From the IMG/VR virus record IMGVR_UViG_3300032294_001909, positions 1 through 62,170 of that record: DNA of 62,170 nt; one strand, given 5' to 3'. The notes below the pieces were generated by a model, which was given only the letters and a program-made list of their open reading frames with translations, searched no databases and was not told where the DNA came from. Of this stretch, positions 45,482 through 55,713 are shown one piece after another (the first letter of the stretch is position 1; each line of letters begins with the position of its first letter). Both the position numbers and the translations under genes were made by a program. The stretch comes from a virus. Lineage: Duplodnaviria > Caudoviricetes.

Positions 45482-48400
45482 ATGATTCAAACGTTTACCG
45501 TTCCAATTATAGTTAATATTTTTCCGAGAAAAGAAGCGTTGGTTCTTTCTTTTCCTATTAATATTTCTGTACTTCCCGAAGAAACCCCGTCCTATTCTAT
45601 TTCATATACGGGAGTTAACAAAATTTCAACTTTTCCGGTTGAATTAAATGTTTCAGACCCCCTAATCTCTTCAGCAATAGAATTTTTAACGTCTACGTTT
45701 GAATCATACGTCGATGAGGATAGAGAGTTAAAAACTCTATTAAATTATGGTGAAGACTTACAAACGGTAGCGCTTGCCTATAGATACGGGCCGTTGGATG
45801 AAAATAACATACCATCCGTTCAATTAAAATTACTGACACCGGTTCCAGACACGGTAGCTGAAAACGTGTCGGTGTTTTTGAGTAGGGAATTAGCAAAAAG
45901 CATTATAGATAAATTTAGAATTAGGTTTGCACCTCAAATAGATGCTACTCCATACTTAAGACCAAAAAATCTTAGTGCATTAACTAATTTAGATACCGGT
46001 AAATCAGTAAATAATGTAACACTTAACACACTTTCATTACAATCTGGTTCAATAGGAATATCGGACACGTATAAAAATGTATCATTTGAAGATAGAATTT
46101 TTAGACAATGGTATTCTTATGATTTTAATTCGTCCGAGTTAAATTTAGATTTTACTGATTATAATAACTTTGTGTTTTATGGATCAGCGGCGATGCGACT
46201 TTCTGCATTTAGAGAAAAGCTTCGTCAACTAGAATTGATTGACGCAAACCGAATACAGTTTTTGTCATCTTCAACGTACATTGGTAATCCATCATCTTCT
46301 GGATTTTTGTTTGTACAACAAAAATCTGCGGAATACTCTGCTCAAAAAGAGGATGTTATTAGAGCGTTTGATAGATATGAGCAATATTTGTATTTTACAC
46401 CTTCCGGTTCACAATTACCATATTCTGCGTCGGCGTATTATGTGGATGGTGGAATTGAATACAATGAATTTTCTTACTGGCCTAAAACAGTGTCTGGTAG
46501 TGTGTATTCCATATATGCATCTGAATCTATCGCATGGTACAATCAGCAATTACAAATTGCACAACGGTTTGATGAGTTTAATGAGAACAATTTAGTAAAT
46601 ACGATTCCAACATATATTAGAGAGGATGAAAACAGCTCTTCTTATGTAACGTTTGTGTCTATGACGGGGCACTTTTTTGACTTGCTTAAGCCATACATAG
46701 ATCAAATGCTTTATGTTTGGAGCAGAAACTTAAATCCGAATAAAGAACTCTCAAAAGATTTAATACATGAAATCGCAGAATCAGTTGGATTCGTTATGCC
46801 TACCATAGATTCTACGTATGATATAACCGATAGTATTTTAGGAACAACGTCAGAAACTCCGCGAAGAGAATTAACCGCGCAAATATATAAGCGTTTGCTA
46901 CACAATCTTCCGTTCTTCGCAAAGGCAAAAGGTACTAAGTCTGCATTAGATTCGTTCCTAAGAACGTTTGGATTACCACCACAAATTGTTAGTATAAAAG
47001 AATCTGGCACCCCGGTCTCAGGATCATATTACGTGTACGATGAGTTTTCTACCGTATTAGATTTTGACGCATCGAAGATTTCATATGTTTCGTTACCCGT
47101 ATCTGCTAGCAATCGCTCACCAAAAATGTTACAATTTAGTTGTGTTGTGGCTAAGCAACAACACATGACAATTGCCACGGGAGATAATCGCTGGGCATTG
47201 AATGTATCTCCTCATCCAACAAATAAAGAGTTGGGTAGGTTTGAAATAGTGTCTGGTAGCAGTCAGACACTTATAATGAGCAGTAGTTATCAACATATAT
47301 ACAACGAGTCTCCGAATAGTGTTGTAATCGACGTTCAAGGGTCAACTGCCGTATTTAGAGTTATTCAAACGGAAGGAGAGGACATCGTATTTGATTCTAT
47401 CAATATAGAGTCCACGAAGTTTTCGCCGCTGTGGAACAATACGCAATTTATTTATCTCGGTGGAACCGGACCCTTGGTGGTTAGTAGATTCGAGGGATAC
47501 ATTGACGAGGTTAGATTGTGGAATGACAATCTATCAAATCAGTCTATCTTAAACGCAGCGTTTGACCCCGGTTCATCGGCGGGTGACACGTATGATGCGG
47601 CGTCGAATAATCTATTGATTCAATTGTCGTTTAATAATGTAAACACTGCATTATTAACTGCGTCTTCATCTTTAGAAAACGAGAGTCCGTACAAGAACAT
47701 AGCCGCTGCCCCTTCAATAGAACAAATATTTGCGTTTAACTTCACGGAATTAGATTTCAGCAGATACAATAGAACGGTTCGTCAAGATATGTTGCTGGGA
47801 GGAAGTTCTACCCCGTTAACAACTAAAGTTAAAGTAGCAGAACCAGCTAAGTTTATTGATTCATCTGACGGATTGCGATTATACAAAAATAAGAGTATAG
47901 TTGTTCCCGAAACTAAAAAATATACTCGGGGAAAGAATAGAGTTACTATTGCATCGTCTCCAACTGACATAATAAATCAAAATATTATAAGATCTATTGG
48001 ATTGGAAAACATAAACGCCTTGTTAGGATTTCCAAGCGATCTATATACCTCATACGACCTATCGTTGAGAATGCTAAAAAATCATTATCAACAATATTAC
48101 AATGTTACTGTTGATAAGAATAGATTTACTAGAATTATGTCTGAGATGGGACAGATAATAAACCAAGTGGTTGATTACTTTGTCCCGGCTAAAGCTAATT
48201 TATTAAAAGGAATTATCATTGAACCTAATGTTTTAGAGCAAGTAAAACTCAGACCAGTAAAAAGCGTAAAGGTTTATGGTAAAAATACTCGTAGAACATT
48301 GACCGCCGCTAACTCTAGAACAGGAAGCGCGTCGGATTATTCTGCAACATTTAACTTAAGTGATACTGTAGATGCAATCGAAAGCTCTACCGTACAAGGT

Positions 48401-50191
48401 TCGTATAAGACATATAAAGGATCTTTAGCAGACTTGGCAAAAGATCCAAATGTTTCACTTTCCGGTAAAATTTCACAACCGTCGTCGTCGGTACAAGTCT
48501 CACCAACGATGACCGATAATGGTATAAGTAAACTTCAAACTGATTTAACAGTTATTACTTCTCTAAAATCAGATCCAGTAAACAAACTGTCGGGGGATAT
48601 AGATGGTCTCATAACCGTTGTTTCTAGTAGTATTAGTAATTTGCGGGCTACGATAGAACGAGCTAATATTAATATTAGTTCTAGCTACTCAACACATCAA
48701 GCCAAACTTGATTCGGCTAATCCACAAATGATCGGTAGCTATGACACTAAACTCTCCAGTGTAAACGTAGCCTCTGAGATGGATGTGTCTGCAAATTATA
48801 ATACATATAACTTAAAGCACATAGCAACATCTTTGTTAAATATAGCGAAGCAGTTATCTGGCTCAACCAAGCCGTCGTCTGTTGATATGGAACTGAGCAA
48901 CATGAATAAGATTCCATACAATGATGTTAATTATGGGTCTCCCGGGGCAGAACCGTTTAATAGAGTTTACGCTCGAAAGCTTTTTCCGTTTGAAATACAA
49001 ACTAGTAGAAACGGTGGACTCACAAGCTTATACAAACCTGCGTTGTATGATATTCCTCCGTCTGCCGATTTCAGAGATTACGGGGTATACACATACTTTA
49101 ACCGATCTACCGGAATTTATTATTTCCCAGAAACTGTAAAAACACCGGCATACTTTAAGCCATTAACTCAAACGTGGAATTTCGAAAGCCAATCATTTTA
49201 TTCTAACACTACTTGGGAATATGGAAATAGATACAACATTTATGATGTAGTGTATCAGTCAATCGATCAATCATACTCATCTACGTTGGGAGCAGATCTG
49301 GTACGGGCCTCGTCTGCCGGAAACGGATTGTATTATGTGTTCAAGACTAGACCATCATACAAAGCATCAAGCGACGGGTCATTTTATTACTCGGGTAGTG
49401 TTCCTTCGTATATACCACCGTCATTGGACAGGGAAAACTGGGAGCCTTTGCGATTTACTCCTGTTACGCGGCTGCGCCCTAGAAGAGTAGTATTCGATGT
49501 CTTTACCAATTCTAACTTGTCACAAACGAATTTTAAAACTACCACGATATCAATAGATAAAAACGTTGACGCCCCCGCTAGATACATTGATGCAATTGAA
49601 GTCTCGTCAATTCCAGCCAACACATACGTTACCGGCGAAGTTTTAGCTCAAAATATTGCTGTTCTATTTGCAATTCAATCTAATTTTGGCGGATTGCGTG
49701 TTAGGTTGTACAGAACTCCACAGGCAAGAACTTCCGATATTAACAGATCGATTTCGACCAAGCCTACCGGATCACATGGAGTACTACTTGATATGCAAAT
49801 TCCTTCTAGCAACGTTGCAGTATTTACTAATCCAATTCCTACCTTAGTTGCAGATGGGATACCACCCAACGGTAAATTGTATTATACAATTGATAATTTA
49901 GAATCAGTTAGTAAGTTATCAGTAACGATGTTGCTATACTATTTTGCACTTCAAATTGAACCAAAAATTCCACGGGGATATTTACGAAAGCACTATAGAT
50001 TTTTTAGAGATAATTCTACTGCACTTAAGAGAAGAAATTATATTGGTTGTAAGAACACTCAATCTACTACAATTGACGGACTACCGGCGATTCAAATATT
50101 CTTAAGTGAAGGAACTGATGTGATTGTATCACCTACACAAACAAATGAAGAAATTATAACGGGTGGTGGTGGACAATTAAATGTGACGTAA
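45482..50191 (+). CDS. large baseplate/tail structural protein
   Basis: 1569 aa; KAKGTK wedge-like motif, LamG-like GYIDEVRLW. Confidence 0.75.
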   Translation: MIQTFTVPIIVNIFPRKEALVLSFPINISVLPEETPSYSISYTGVNKISTFPVELNVSDPLISSAIEFLTSTFESYVDEDRELKTLLNYGEDLQTVALAYRYGPLDENNIPSVQLKLLTPVPDTVAENVSVFLSRELAKSIIDKFRIRFAPQIDATPYLRPKNLSALTNLDTGKSVNNVTLNTLSLQSGSIGISDTYKNVSFEDRIFRQWYSYDFNSSELNLDFTDYNNFVFYGSAAMRLSAFREKLRQLELIDANRIQFLSSSTYIGNPSSSGFLFVQQKSAEYSAQKEDVIRAFDRYEQYLYFTPSGSQLPYSASAYYVDGGIEYNEFSYWPKTVSGSVYSIYASESIAWYNQQLQIAQRFDEFNENNLVNTIPTYIREDENSSSYVTFVSMTGHFFDLLKPYIDQMLYVWSRNLNPNKELSKDLIHEIAESVGFVMPTIDSTYDITDSILGTTSETPRRELTAQIYKRLLHNLPFFAKAKGTKSALDSFLRTFGLPPQIVSIKESGTPVSGSYYVYDEFSTVLDFDASKISYVSLPVSASNRSPKMLQFSCVVAKQQHMTIATGDNRWALNVSPHPTNKELGRFEIVSGSSQTLIMSSSYQHIYNESPNSVVIDVQGSTAVFRVIQTEGEDIVFDSINIESTKFSPLWNNTQFIYLGGTGPLVVSRFEGYIDEVRLWNDNLSNQSILNAAFDPGSSAGDTYDAASNNLLIQLSFNNVNTALLTASSSLENESPYKNIAAAPSIEQIFAFNFTELDFSRYNRTVRQDMLLGGSSTPLTTKVKVAEPAKFIDSSDGLRLYKNKSIVVPETKKYTRGKNRVTIASSPTDIINQNIIRSIGLENINALLGFPSDLYTSYDLSLRMLKNHYQQYYNVTVDKNRFTRIMSEMGQIINQVVDYFVPAKANLLKGIIIEPNVLEQVKLRPVKSVKVYGKNTRRTLTAANSRTGSASDYSATFNLSDTVDAIESSTVQGSYKTYKGSLADLAKDPNVSLSGKISQPSSSVQVSPTMTDNGISKLQTDLTVITSLKSDPVNKLSGDIDGLITVVSSSISNLRATIERANINISSSYSTHQAKLDSANPQMIGSYDTKLSSVNVASEMDVSANYNTYNLKHIATSLLNIAKQLSGSTKPSSVDMELSNMNKIPYNDVNYGSPGAEPFNRVYARKLFPFEIQTSRNGGLTSLYKPALYDIPPSADFRDYGVYTYFNRSTGIYYFPETVKTPAYFKPLTQTWNFESQSFYSNTTWEYGNRYNIYDVVYQSIDQSYSSTLGADLVRASSAGNGLYYVFKTRPSYKASSDGSFYYSGSVPSYIPPSLDRENWEPLRFTPVTRLRPRRVVFDVFTNSNLSQTNFKTTTISIDKNVDAPARYIDAIEVSSIPANTYVTGEVLAQNIAVLFAIQSNFGGLRVRLYRTPQARTSDINRSISTKPTGSHGVLLDMQIPSSNVAVFTNPIPTLVADGIPPNGKLYYTIDNLESVSKLSVTMLLYYFALQIEPKIPRGYLRKHYRFFRDNSTALKRRNYIGCKNTQSTTIDGLPAIQIFLSEGTDVIVSPTQTNEEIITGGGGQLNVT

Positions 50192-50249
50192 CAAAACGTA
50201 GTGTGCTATATATTTATATTAGAACTTTTATACTCTGGAGTTAATTTTT

Positions 50250-50888
50250 ATGGGATATCTTAACAAGTCAACGGTAACGGTTGACGCAATCTTAACTAAA
50301 AAAGGTAGAGAATTGCTTGCTCGTGGCCGCTCTGCCTTTCAAATTACACAATTTGCCGTGGCAGATGATGAAATTGACTATGGATTATATGATCCCGCTC
50401 ATCCTCTTGGTACGGAATACTATGGGTCTGTCATTGAAAATATGCCAATAGTAGAAGCCGTACCAGACGAGACTCAAAACTTACGGTATAAGTTAGTAAC
50501 ATTAAATCGCGGAACAAACTTAATTCCTACGATTCAGACAGGCATTTCTTCAATTGAATTAACCTTTAGCAATACACAAAACCCGGTAACTACGATCACA
50601 CCAACGACTAGCCAAGGATTTAATGTTTTGCCGTTTGGATATACAGCGATTTTGTATGACAGAGAAGCTGCGCTATTAACCAGTAACGGACTAGCTGGTT
50701 CGGCAACCGTTCCGGTTTTTATAAGCGATTCCATTTCTCAGAATGCAGTCGTAGTTCGAGGAACAACGTTTACTATTTCACCAAAAGACGTTTCCACTAT
50801 AACAAAGACACAATTGATCATCGTGGGAAATCAAACTGGTGCGACCGTAACAATTCCAGTAACGATTAATCCTGCAACAGTACTTTAA
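50250..50888 (+). CDS. putative tail/baseplate structural protein
   Basis: LTKKGRELLA..ITQFA..DDEIDY. Confidence 0.7.
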   Translation: MGYLNKSTVTVDAILTKKGRELLARGRSAFQITQFAVADDEIDYGLYDPAHPLGTEYYGSVIENMPIVEAVPDETQNLRYKLVTLNRGTNLIPTIQTGISSIELTFSNTQNPVTTITPTTSQGFNVLPFGYTAILYDREAALLTSNGLAGSATVPVFISDSISQNAVVVRGTTFTISPKDVSTITKTQLIIVGNQTGATVTIPVTINPATVL

Positions 50889-50904
50889 CATATAGGAAAT
50901 ACCC

Positions 50905-52098
50905 ATGAGTATTTATACACGATTAACTCCAGATGATATAGTAGAAGCAAACCCAACGGTAGTAACAACTGGGTTGTGGTCGGGAGATACTGGTTCATTA
51001 GAAACCAGTCTATTCTTGGATACTAGTCAACAGATTCCTAATGCCGGTGGTGAATATTATTTTGATGTTTATAATAAAATTCCTACTGATGAATTAGCAG
51101 AAGTTCAATTTTCAGTTTCGTACGGTCATGTTAACGGAGGAGGTTCTCCTCCATTGTCAGTTGATGAATTGGCTAAATTACCAACGAAAGCAATTTATAG
51201 CCAATATCGTAACCTATTACTGGATCCATCTGATACCAAATTTACATTTAATGGCGTAGACTCGGATCATATATATGTTATTAATTTTCAACGGGCTAGA
51301 ATCAGAGAACAACTTGATCCCGGTAATTGGGAATTGCCTCTCTCTGGGGCCAACGGCTCTTTCACTTTCATTGATGATAGCAATCAAACTTTAGGTGCTC
51401 TTACCGCCACCAGCAAAGCGGGTAGAGTCTTTAACATAGTGTCTGGTGCGTTGGATACCGTGTCCGGGTCTATTGTACATCACACTGCGTACCCGAGCGG
51501 ATCTTCTACCGGCAAGGGATATGGATTGGTGTACCCGGACTTAGGTATTATCATTTTAAATCCGGATGCAATTGGTCCGCTGGTTGGATTCTTTACGGGT
51601 TCAACTGGAACTGGGACTGGTTCAGCGGCATCGTCTAGCTTCAACACCGCACCGTTCTATGATTCTACAGACTTTACGAATTATGCGTCAAGTACATTAC
51701 GTCCAGTTGCGCCAGTAACGCAATCATTGAGTGAAACCGCGTGGAGTAATGGATCAATAAAATCTGCATACAATCATGCTGGATTGTTCATTTCTATTCT
51801 ATTGGCAACAACTGCAAGTATTGATTTTAAAGCTAGATCTGCGGAAACGATTTCATCTACGCACTATTTCATTAGATTGCGCAATAAAGAATATAATTAC
51901 TCAAATAATCCAACATTCTACAACCCAGATAACGGTTCGTTAATCAACGGTGAGTTTAGAAATGATCCAAAAGTTTACTTGACTACAGTTGGGTTATACA
52001 ACGATTCAAATGAACTATTAGCGGTAGCAAAACTAAGCCAACCAGTTCGCAAGAGCTTTGATGAAGAAGTTCTTTTGCGCGTAAGACTTGATTTCTAA
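50905..52098 (+). CDS. putative tail structural protein
   Basis: YLTTVGLYND..ELLAVAKLS.P. Confidence 0.7.
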   Translation: MSIYTRLTPDDIVEANPTVVTTGLWSGDTGSLETSLFLDTSQQIPNAGGEYYFDVYNKIPTDELAEVQFSVSYGHVNGGGSPPLSVDELAKLPTKAIYSQYRNLLLDPSDTKFTFNGVDSDHIYVINFQRARIREQLDPGNWELPLSGANGSFTFIDDSNQTLGALTATSKAGRVFNIVSGALDTVSGSIVHHTAYPSGSSTGKGYGLVYPDLGIIILNPDAIGPLVGFFTGSTGTGTGSAASSSFNTAPFYDSTDFTNYASSTLRPVAPVTQSLSETAWSNGSIKSAYNHAGLFISILLATTASIDFKARSAETISSTHYFIRLRNKEYNYSNNPTFYNPDNGSLINGEFRNDPKVYLTTVGLYNDSNELLAVAKLSQPVRKSFDEEVLLRVRLDF

Positions 52099-52171
52099 TT
52101 CAAATCTTAATACATAGTAAGATAACCACTACTTATATAAAAGGTAGTGGTTATTTACTTTTCTAGCTAAT

Positions 52172-53101
52172 ATGCAAACTTTTAAGACTATAAAACCCAG
52201 CGAATATACCGTAGAAGAAATATATGCAGCAACTCCCATTTCATGGGAATTGTTATCGGGGTCTGCTGGATTGGAACTAACATCGGCGTCCGAATTAAAC
52301 GATGCAATAACAATACAAATAGCATCTAACGATATTGTTGACTTTTACGAGTCGGGTGCTCCCAGAACAAATAATAACACAGGAATTCCGGAATATATCT
52401 TATATAAATCTGTTCGACATTTGTTTTACACCAACGCTCCTTTTGCAGTTAACAATAAAATACTAACCGCCAGCGCTGCTGGTCTGGCGGATTCATCCTA
52501 TGTTCTCAGTATAGGGCAAAATTTTTATGGTAATAGAATAAAGCCCGGATCGTTTACGATATCAACCGAGTTACCTAATACGTATATTTTAGATGATTCG
52601 TTTGGAAATTTGTATGTAAGTCAGTCTGGAGTTGGCTCCTATGTTGGAAATATTTTCTATGAACGTGGAGTTGCCGTTATCAAGCACGACTCCGGTTCTA
52701 GCACAACCGCGATCAATTCATCTGGGCTACATTTGGACAGCGGATCGTTTTTGTATATGGATTATTTCAGTGACGTAAAAGTGCATCGACATGAAATAAA
52801 TGTAAACATAGAACCTATGGATTTTAATTTTTCACCATTCAATCCGTCTATTTTTAATACATTTCAAAGCACTGGAAGTTTTGCCGCATCAATGGCAACA
52901 AAGAATATAAAACCGTCAGGTAGTAGCTCTGATACATGGAATTTATATAACTTGATGCGGGCAAATATAATCAAACCATATATTACAACGATTGGATTAT
53001 ATAATCAAGAATATGAACTTTTGGCGGTTGCTAAAGTAAGTGAACCAATACAGCGAACTTTCGACGTTAATCAGATATTTATTATTAGGTTTGACACATA
53101 A
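52172..53101 (+). CDS. putative tail structural protein, C-terminus paralogous to the previous gene
   Basis: YITTIGLYN..ELLAVAKVSEP. Confidence 0.7.
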   Translation: MQTFKTIKPSEYTVEEIYAATPISWELLSGSAGLELTSASELNDAITIQIASNDIVDFYESGAPRTNNNTGIPEYILYKSVRHLFYTNAPFAVNNKILTASAAGLADSSYVLSIGQNFYGNRIKPGSFTISTELPNTYILDDSFGNLYVSQSGVGSYVGNIFYERGVAVIKHDSGSSTTAINSSGLHLDSGSFLYMDYFSDVKVHRHEINVNIEPMDFNFSPFNPSIFNTFQSTGSFAASMATKNIKPSGSSSDTWNLYNLMRANIIKPYITTIGLYNQEYELLAVAKVSEPIQRTFDVNQIFIIRFDT

Positions 53102-53115
53102 TTTGGAGAAACAAC

Positions 53116-53622
53116 ATGGCAAACAGTTTGTTAGAGCTATACAACGCAACCGCGTCACCTACCGTTCTCGCCGCAAAAAGCATGGGAACTACCGCCAATC
53201 AAGGGCGAGGAGTAAACTTTTTTGATGGACAGTCGAGAGGACCGTGGAATAAAGATTCTACTGGAGTAAATGACGTATGGCAAGACAATTTCAAAGAAAA
53301 CGCGCAGGGTACAAAAATAACTCCCGCCACATCCAATGACAAGTCATATCCTTTAAGTAGATGGTCGGAAGACGCATTAAAAATCGCATTTGACGGAAAA
53401 GGTCCACCTCAAAGGGGAAATACATCGTATTGGGGAGATGTTAGATTCACCAAGTTCAGCGATACCGCCGGTAGAAATTTCAATACTGAATTACATCGGT
53501 ATGCTCCAAAGCAAGATAAAAAGTACGCCGACTTATCATTTGATAAAGACAATACCAGATGGGCAAATCTAAGAATCAATGCACGAGCATTTAGTACTTC
53601 GGTTAGGGGTATTATAGGATAA
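53116..53622 (+). CDS. hypothetical protein
   Basis: GGAG RBS. Confidence 0.75.
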   Translation: MANSLLELYNATASPTVLAAKSMGTTANQGRGVNFFDGQSRGPWNKDSTGVNDVWQDNFKENAQGTKITPATSNDKSYPLSRWSEDALKIAFDGKGPPQRGNTSYWGDVRFTKFSDTAGRNFNTELHRYAPKQDKKYADLSFDKDNTRWANLRINARAFSTSVRGIIG

Positions 53623-53642
53623 CTTGAATAAAAAGAGGTTAT

Positions 53643-54005
53643 ATGAAACCACGTAGTGCAAAAGCTAAGGGTCGAAAGTTACAAAACACTATCAGAGATT
53701 TAATACAGGAACATTTTCCACATCTTCACCCCGATGACGTTGTATCTACACAGATGGGTGGATCGGGAGTCGATATTCAGCTATCTCCTACGGCCAGAAA
53801 ATCGTTTCCATATTCTATAGAGTGTAAGAATTCAGAAAAGCTTTCTATCTGGTCTGCTTTAGAGCAAGCAGAAGCAAATACTAAGGAAGGAACTGTCCCG
53901 GCATTATTTTTTAAACGAAATCGTTCTAAAACATATGTTGTACTCGAAGCCGATCATTTTTTTGATCTAGTTCAGCGCATCAATCAACTTGACAAAAAAG
54001 AGTAG
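53643..54005 (+). CDS. Holliday-junction-resolvase-like PD-(D/E)xK nuclease
   Basis: KAKGR, GVDI and IECKN motifs. Confidence 0.7.
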   Translation: MKPRSAKAKGRKLQNTIRDLIQEHFPHLHPDDVVSTQMGGSGVDIQLSPTARKSFPYSIECKNSEKLSIWSALEQAEANTKEGTVPALFFKRNRSKTYVVLEADHFFDLVQRINQLDKKE

Positions 54006-54023
54006 TTATGCTATATTGGTAGC

Positions 54024-54941
54024 ATGACTACTCTTTTTCTACTCCAAGAACTATTAGGTAATTATATTCAACAACGGGACGAATGCTTGTTTTCGTGCCC
54101 GTTTTGCCATCATCCCAAGAAAAAATTATCTATTAATATATCGACTAATAAATGGAAATGTTGGGTCTGCGGCAGTAAAGGAGGCCATATCTTGTGGCTA
54201 CTCAAAAAACTTAATGTGCCACCCCATCTTATTAAAGAGTTTAAGAAAATATTGGGTGATGTAGATATTAAACAATACAAAAACACCACTTCAGAAGTCA
54301 CCCTGCACTTACCTACAGAATATATACCACTGTGGAAGGTTGACAGTGATTATAAGTACAAACATGCCATTAAATACTTAAACAACAGAGGAATAACAGC
54401 CGATGACATTCTACGATACCGTATTGGTTATTGCGCTCAAGGCGCGTATGCTAATAGAATTATACTTCCGTCATATGATGGAGATAACAACCTCAATTAC
54501 TTTACCGCCCGAACTTTTTATGACGGCGGAAGAAAATACTGGAACCCTCCCGTCTCAAAAAACATAATATGTTTTGAGAACATGGTGGATTGGTCAGACG
54601 AAGAAATTACTTTATGTGAAGGAATGTTTGATGCAATTGCTCTCCGACGAAACGCAATTCCATTGTTGGGTAAAACACTTCCATCAAAATTAGTTATCAA
54701 ATTATTAGAGTATAGGCCAAAAATAATTAATATAGTATTGGACAAAGATGCCATAAACAATGCCTACGAGATAGGACTATATCTTAATAATAATGGATTG
54801 CAGTGTAGGGTAATTCATTTGAATGCGAAAGACCCGTCTAATTTAGGATTTGAGAAATCTTGGGAAGCAATACAAAATCAACGAATTTTAACAGAAAGTG
54901 AAATTTTTTCTAATAAATTGAAACATGCCTTATATTTATAA
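54024..54941 (+). CDS. DNA primase (Zn finger plus TOPRIM)
   Basis: CPFC..CWVC, YLNNRG, EGMFD and LDKDA motifs; promoter TTGACA-17-TATATT at ~53989. Confidence 0.85.
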   Translation: MTTLFLLQELLGNYIQQRDECLFSCPFCHHPKKKLSINISTNKWKCWVCGSKGGHILWLLKKLNVPPHLIKEFKKILGDVDIKQYKNTTSEVTLHLPTEYIPLWKVDSDYKYKHAIKYLNNRGITADDILRYRIGYCAQGAYANRIILPSYDGDNNLNYFTARTFYDGGRKYWNPPVSKNIICFENMVDWSDEEITLCEGMFDAIALRRNAIPLLGKTLPSKLVIKLLEYRPKIINIVLDKDAINNAYEIGLYLNNNGLQCRVIHLNAKDPSNLGFEKSWEAIQNQRILTESEIFSNKLKHALYL

Positions 54942-54971
54942 CTGTAGTCAGTGGATATAAGGAGAACGTGT

Positions 54972-55700
54972 ATGTTTATTAGACAATGCCCAAATTGTAA
55001 TACGGATATAGATTGTAAAGAAAGTAGTTATTACCATGAAAGTGTTCGTGCAAACAGATTATGTAGAAGTTGTGCTTCTAAAGTTAAAGCTGAAAAACGT
55101 AAATATATTGGGTCTTTAAAGCGAACATGTGTAGTTTGTCAATCAGTACACGAATTTAAATCTGCTAATAAATACAAACAATCGTTGAAAACTAAAAAAG
55201 AATATATCTGTAAATCGTGTTCTATATCGGCAACACATAAGAATAAAACAGTATCAGACGAAACTAAAGAAAAAATGCGAGTGAGTAGTATTGGAAAAGT
55301 TATGTCATCTGAAACCAGAAAAAAGATATCAGAAAAAATGATGGGAAAAAATAATCCTATGTATGGTGTAATTAGACATGATGTTAGAAAAAAATATTTA
55401 GATTTTCTAATTGAAAATGGTATAAATCCAAAAATGTTTTACAACCCACGGGCGTGTGAGGCAATAGATGAGTATGGTAAACTGCACGGATACAACTTTC
55501 AACACGCAATGAACGGCGGCGAGTTTTATATAAAAGAATTAGGATATTCAATTGATGGATATGACAAAGAAAAAAATGTGGTCATTGAATATTACGAAAA
55601 CTATCACACCAGACCCAAACAGATTAGAAAAGATTTGGAACGACAAAAACTTATAACAGAATTTCTTGGTTGTGAATTTATAATTATACGGGAAGAATAA
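54972..55700 (+). CDS. putative homing endonuclease with NUMOD3 repeats
   Basis: CxxC pairs, SDETKEKM/SSETRKKIS; C-terminus similar to 31295-32152 (HAMNGGEFYI). Confidence 0.75.
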   Translation: MFIRQCPNCNTDIDCKESSYYHESVRANRLCRSCASKVKAEKRKYIGSLKRTCVVCQSVHEFKSANKYKQSLKTKKEYICKSCSISATHKNKTVSDETKEKMRVSSIGKVMSSETRKKISEKMMGKNNPMYGVIRHDVRKKYLDFLIENGINPKMFYNPRACEAIDEYGKLHGYNFQHAMNGGEFYIKELGYSIDGYDKEKNVVIEYYENYHTRPKQIRKDLERQKLITEFLGCEFIIIREE

Positions 55701-55713
55701 GGATATTGATAAT